NCBI GenBank assembly: GCA_050248615.1
Contig: JBFWSA010000053.1
Coordinates: forward strand, 1-10,041
DNA: 10,041 nucleotides
Direction: 5' to 3'
DNA from: Simkaniaceae bacterium
Lineage (GTDB): Bacteria; Chlamydiota; Chlamydiia; Chlamydiales; Simkaniaceae
Position numbers and translations under genes: made by a program. This document shows, one piece after another, positions 6,704-10,041 of this stretch (the first letter of the stretch is position 1; every line of letters begins with the position of its first letter). The notes beneath the pieces are model-generated. The model did no database searches. It was given only the letters and a program-made list of their open reading frames with translations, and had not been told where the DNA came from.

Positions 6704-9168
6704 TTTCTTTTTACCGAGAAGACCGATACAGGCTTGGTAAACCCTTTTAAGTCCACTGTCTCTTTAGCTTCTACTTGAATGCTTTCTTTGACCCCTTCTT
6801 CATTTAAGGTATCTTCACTGATGAGAACCTGCATGGGATCTGCTTCTGAACACAGACGGGAGGCTAGATTAACATTGGCTCCTAAAACAGTGTAGTTTAA
6901 CCGATTTTCTGCCCCCATATTTCCCACAACGACGTTACCTGTATGGATTCCAATGCCCATTTCAATAGGTGGCCCCTCTGTTTTTTCTTGATTCCATTGT
7001 TTTAAGGCTTCAATGATTTCTATTCCGCATAAGACAGCGCGATAGGCGCTATCTTTCTTTTCAATGGGAGCTCCAAAAAGGGCCATCACTTCATCTCCGA
7101 CATACTTATCAATCACTCCCCCCTGTTTATCAATGATATCTGAAACTTTTGTCATGCAGGTATTGACAAGTTGAATGACCTCTTTAGGACTCATTTTCTC
7201 TGTCATTGCAGTGAAATGGCGAATATCAGCAAAGAATACTGTCACCTTCTTTTCCTCTCCTCCCAGTTGAATATTTCCCTTCAAAGCCTCTTCCGCAATT
7301 TCTTTTGAAACCACTTTATTGAGAACGCCGCGTACTTTTTCCTTTTCTTTAAGACCTTTAACCATTTCAAAAAATGAATGGTAAAGAGCGTCTATTTCAT
7401 CTTGATGGCCCTGTTTGGATTCGGAAGGAATTTCGACTTCAAGGAGCTTCCCTCCTGCAACGGCTGTAGAAACAGTTGCAAGATGAGAAATCGGGCGGGT
7501 AATCCGTTTGGCAATATTGTTTAAGAAAATCAAAACAAATAAGAGCCCCCCTATAGAAGCAAGGCGCATCTGCATAGAAATTTTTCTAAGGATTTCTTCC
7601 GCCTCTTCGTTCATCGCATCCACAAGAGCAAACTCTTGATCCTTCGGTGTAAAAATAAAAAAATGCAGGTCGGACTGTTCATAGGGGATCACATGTAAAA
7701 AATAGTAGTCCTCATCTCCTATCGGAATTACACCCTGTTCTTTGCTAAGGAGCTCGTCTGCTGAAATGTGATACCACTCTTCGGAGTGTAGTTCTACCCC
7801 TTCCCCACTGGTAACACGAACAATTCTTCCTCCAGAAATAAAAAGTGTAGTGCGGTGCATAGAGCGAGAAAGAGTTCCCAAAACAGCCCCTCCATCCATT
7901 CCCACTGTCAAATACCCCGTGCGCGTTTGATTATTTTCTTTTGTTTGGAGCTTTAAAGTATTCCCAAAATAAAAATCGTGTCTCCCTTCAGGAGAAATAA
8001 TATCTAAATGTGTCGTTTGAAAATCTTCAGGTAGCGCCTCCATTTTTTCCAAGGCCGCTTCTACGTGGTACAAGGGTCTATCATAAAATACTTCTCGGCT
8101 GATTAATCCCATTCCACATTCCGTTTCAGGATCCATCATTCCCATGCCTATAGGGGCATTAGGAGTTAAGGGAGTATTTCCAAATATATCGGTGTGGGTT
8201 AGGGTGCAAAGCCCCCAAATGAGCCCGACTTTATTGTAATGCTCAATAAAGCGTTCTACATAAAAGTCGATCTGATCTTGATAGTAAACATCATCATCAT
8301 TATCAGGACTCTCCTTTCTGAAAAAATTAAAATTGCACTCTTCTGAAGATCCCTCTAAAGCTTCCCCTTTTTTTTGGATCATTGTTTCCCAGTTTTTCCT
8401 TGTAGGAATTACATCTGGATGACTTTTTAAATAGCTTTGGCTTTTTTTGATATTTTTTAAAAATTCTTCCAAAAAATAGGTTTTTGAAGGCACTTCTATC
8501 CATTTCAAGAATGGCTCAAGCAAATTAATCGAGAGATCTAGTGAAGGATGATTTGCATCGCTATTGAAATTGAGGAGCGCCTGCTCAGAAAAAAAGGCAA
8601 AATAGTTTTCTTCTGCTTCCTTTTCACTTGAGCTCTTTACATCTCCATGTAGGGAACTAATGCTTACGGTCACTGCAACATAAGGCCCTTCCCACTCCTC
8701 TTGATTATTTTTTACTGCAACAAGACTAAAATCTTCGGCAACAGGAAATAGTAAAATATCATTTAACGTATTGCGATCAATAATGATCTCAGACATGAGA
8801 GCTTCTTCATTGAGGCTCTGAATAAAATCGATTCTTTTATTGGTAATCATTAAGGAAGCGGCATCGAGCCAATTCGCCTCTTTTAAATTCTCCACTGTAG
8901 GAGTAAATCCTTTGCGGATGAGGGAGTATTTAGCCACACCTTGTAAAACAGCGTCCACTTCAGCCTGAATCTTATAAAGCATGTCTGCAAGGTAATCTTC
9001 AATCGCATTTTTTTTTCGCTCATTCAGAGTATTTAACTGTTCCGTAAGATCTTGGTAAGCTCTTTTAAGCTGCGCACGTGTCATATAATTTTCAAGAAAA
9101 AAGGAAGCAGCAAAGGCGATACAAAAAACCCCTGCAACCCAAATAAAAAGACGGTAACGTAACTTCAT
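6700..9168 (-). CDS. Membrane-bound class III adenylate cyclase (TM - large extracytoplasmic domain - TM - HAMP - cyclase domain)
   Basis: 822 aa. Metal-binding Asp residues in FFADIRHFT and DKYVGDEVMA. ATP-specifying Lys (DKY) and Thr (NYTVLG). Transition-state Asn and Arg in NVNLASRL. HAMP from ITRPISHL to DEIDALYHSFFEMV. TM helices near the N-terminus and at ~7520-7565. Confidence 0.93.
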   Translation of the reverse strand: MKLRYRLFIWVAGVFCIAFAASFFLENYMTRAQLKRAYQDLTEQLNTLNERKKNAIEDYLADMLYKIQAEVDAVLQGVAKYSLIRKGFTPTVENLKEANWLDAASLMITNKRIDFIQSLNEEALMSEIIIDRNTLNDILLFPVAEDFSLVAVKNNQEEWEGPYVAVTVSISSLHGDVKSSSEKEAEENYFAFFSEQALLNFNSDANHPSLDLSINLLEPFLKWIEVPSKTYFLEEFLKNIKKSQSYLKSHPDVIPTRKNWETMIQKKGEALEGSSEECNFNFFRKESPDNDDDVYYQDQIDFYVERFIEHYNKVGLIWGLCTLTHTDIFGNTPLTPNAPIGMGMMDPETECGMGLISREVFYDRPLYHVEAALEKMEALPEDFQTTHLDIISPEGRHDFYFGNTLKLQTKENNQTRTGYLTVGMDGGAVLGTLSRSMHRTTLFISGGRIVRVTSGEGVELHSEEWYHISADELLSKEQGVIPIGDEDYYFLHVIPYEQSDLHFFIFTPKDQEFALVDAMNEEAEEILRKISMQMRLASIGGLLFVLIFLNNIAKRITRPISHLATVSTAVAGGKLLEVEIPSESKQGHQDEIDALYHSFFEMVKGLKEKEKVRGVLNKVVSKEIAEEALKGNIQLGGEEKKVTVFFADIRHFTAMTEKMSPKEVIQLVNTCMTKVSDIIDKQGGVIDKYVGDEVMALFGAPIEKKDSAYRAVLCGIEIIEALKQWNQEKTEGPPIEMGIGIHTGNVVVGNMGAENRLNYTVLGANVNLASRLCSEADPMQVLISEDTLNEEGVKESIQVEAKETVDLKGFTKPVSVFSVKRK

Positions 9169-10041
9169 GACACCTTAAATAGGTTTTGATAACCCGTTTT
9201 TGTAACTACAATCATATCCTCATGCCGCACACCACCTATTCCTGGAAGGTAAAGCCCGGGCTCAATTGTAATCACCATCCCCGCTTCTAGCTTCACCTTC
9301 TCAGTTTTTTTGCTAATTAACGGATATTCGTGCACATCCAACCCTATACCATGCCCCAAACTATGAAGAAAGTGCTTTTCTTTTTTCCCCATCACTTTCC
9401 GTGCTATATGATCCAGTTCTGCGACTTCAATTCCGGGACGTATGTGTTTCAAAACTTCTTGGTGTGTCTTTTGCACCACGTCATTAAGTTCTTGAATTTT
9501 CTTGGGAACCTCTCCGAAAAAAAGTGTCCGAGTCATATCACTACTGTACCCATTCAAAACCACCCCAATATCAAGGAGAACAACATCCCCTTTTTTTAAT
9601 TTGCGTGACCCACAGCGGTAATGGGGAAGAGCAGCATGGGCGCCAAAAGCAATAATCGGCTCAAAAGAGAGGGCTTCTGCACCATTTTTTTTAGAATAAA
9701 ACTCAAAGATTTGGGCTAATTCTAACTCGGTAATCCCTACTTTTAAATGCTTACGCACATGTAAAAAACCTTTCCACAAAAGGTCTGCACTTTTTTTGAT
9801 TAGGAGAAGCTCCCTTCCATCTTTAATCGCACGCTCCTTTTGAATGGGGAAATCACACCCTTTTAGTTTCTTCTTTAGCTGTGAAAAAAATGTTTTAAGT
9901 TTCTTGTGTTCTGCAAAGGAGATAGAGGTGTCAAAGCCCATCACCTGCATTTCTTTCCAGCTAGAAGTACCAAATAATTTTCTTAGACTCTCATCATCCA
10001 ATGCTTTTACCGGAAAAGGGGAGTTTTTTTTCGCTAGTTCT
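9165..10041 (-). CDS. pepP: Xaa-Pro aminopeptidase (peptidase M24B, aminopeptidase P); 5' end lies beyond the window
   Basis: M24 metal-ligand motifs LLDIG, YSSDMTRT, HSLGHGIGLDVHE, TIEPGLY, GVRHED and substrate His in ALPHY. The frame stays open upstream of TTG 10001 (ELAKKNSPFPVKALDDE) to the window edge, so the true start is outside. Confidence 0.93.
   Translation of the reverse strand, partial: ELAKKNSPFPVKALDDESLRKLFGTSSWKEMQVMGFDTSISFAEHKKLKTFFSQLKKKLKGCDFPIQKERAIKDGRELLLIKKSADLLWKGFLHVRKHLKVGITELELAQIFEFYSKKNGAEALSFEPIIAFGAHAALPHYRCGSRKLKKGDVVLLDIGVVLNGYSSDMTRTLFFGEVPKKIQELNDVVQKTHQEVLKHIRPGIEVAELDHIARKVMGKKEKHFLHSLGHGIGLDVHEYPLISKKTEKVKLEAGMVITIEPGLYLPGIGGVRHEDMIVVTKTGYQNLFKVS

Noticed and set aside
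6704..6800. Fluoride riboswitch upstream of crcB
   Set aside because: This region is cyclase coding sequence and I see no match to the riboswitch consensus by eye; a covariance-model search would be definitive.
8289..8305. Short (TCA)n trinucleotide run
   Set aside because: Simply encodes the DNDDD acidic patch in frame; too short to be a contingency repeat.
6700..9168. Cyclase as part of an anti-phage system (Pycsar/CBASS-like)
   Set aside because: The TM-sensor-TM-HAMP architecture and ATP-type Lys/Thr residues indicate an ordinary receptor adenylate cyclase; no cNMP-binding, TIR or similar effector gene is adjacent.
9330..9599. 89-aa + strand ORF
   Set aside because: Antisense to the conserved catalytic region of pepP; no motif or RBS.
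9999..10001. TTG as the pepP start
   Set aside because: The frame is open to the window edge and the N-terminal domain would be incomplete; the real start is outside the window.
1..10041. Mobile elements, CRISPR arrays, tRNA/rRNA genes
   Set aside because: The largest intergenic gap is about 150 nt; I saw no repeat-spacer array, cloverleaf, transposase or integrase.

Overview
A densely coding bacterial window, probably from an environmental member of the Chlamydiae. That assignment is an inference from my recollection of the protein families, not from a search. Left half (+ strand): three type II secretion pseudopilin-like genes (two with non-canonical prepilin N-termini, one GspK-like), interrupted by an OPT-family transporter and divergent from a truncated hypothetical gene at the window start. 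Right half (- strand): four genes joined by three consecutive ATGA overlaps (Xaa-Pro aminopeptidase, membrane class III adenylate cyclase with a ~500-aa extracytoplasmic domain and HAMP, Fluc/CrcB fluoride channel, PII-like DUF190 protein). These are followed by a stand-alone membrane protein with a long hairpin over its stop codon and an orphan PhoR-like histidine kinase. The best candidate for an undescribed system is the cyclase-Fluc-DUF190 unit, which by analogy to SbtA/SbtB and AmtB/GlnK could be a cAMP-controlled anion channel module; this is a hypothesis. I saw no mobile element, CRISPR array or RNA gene.
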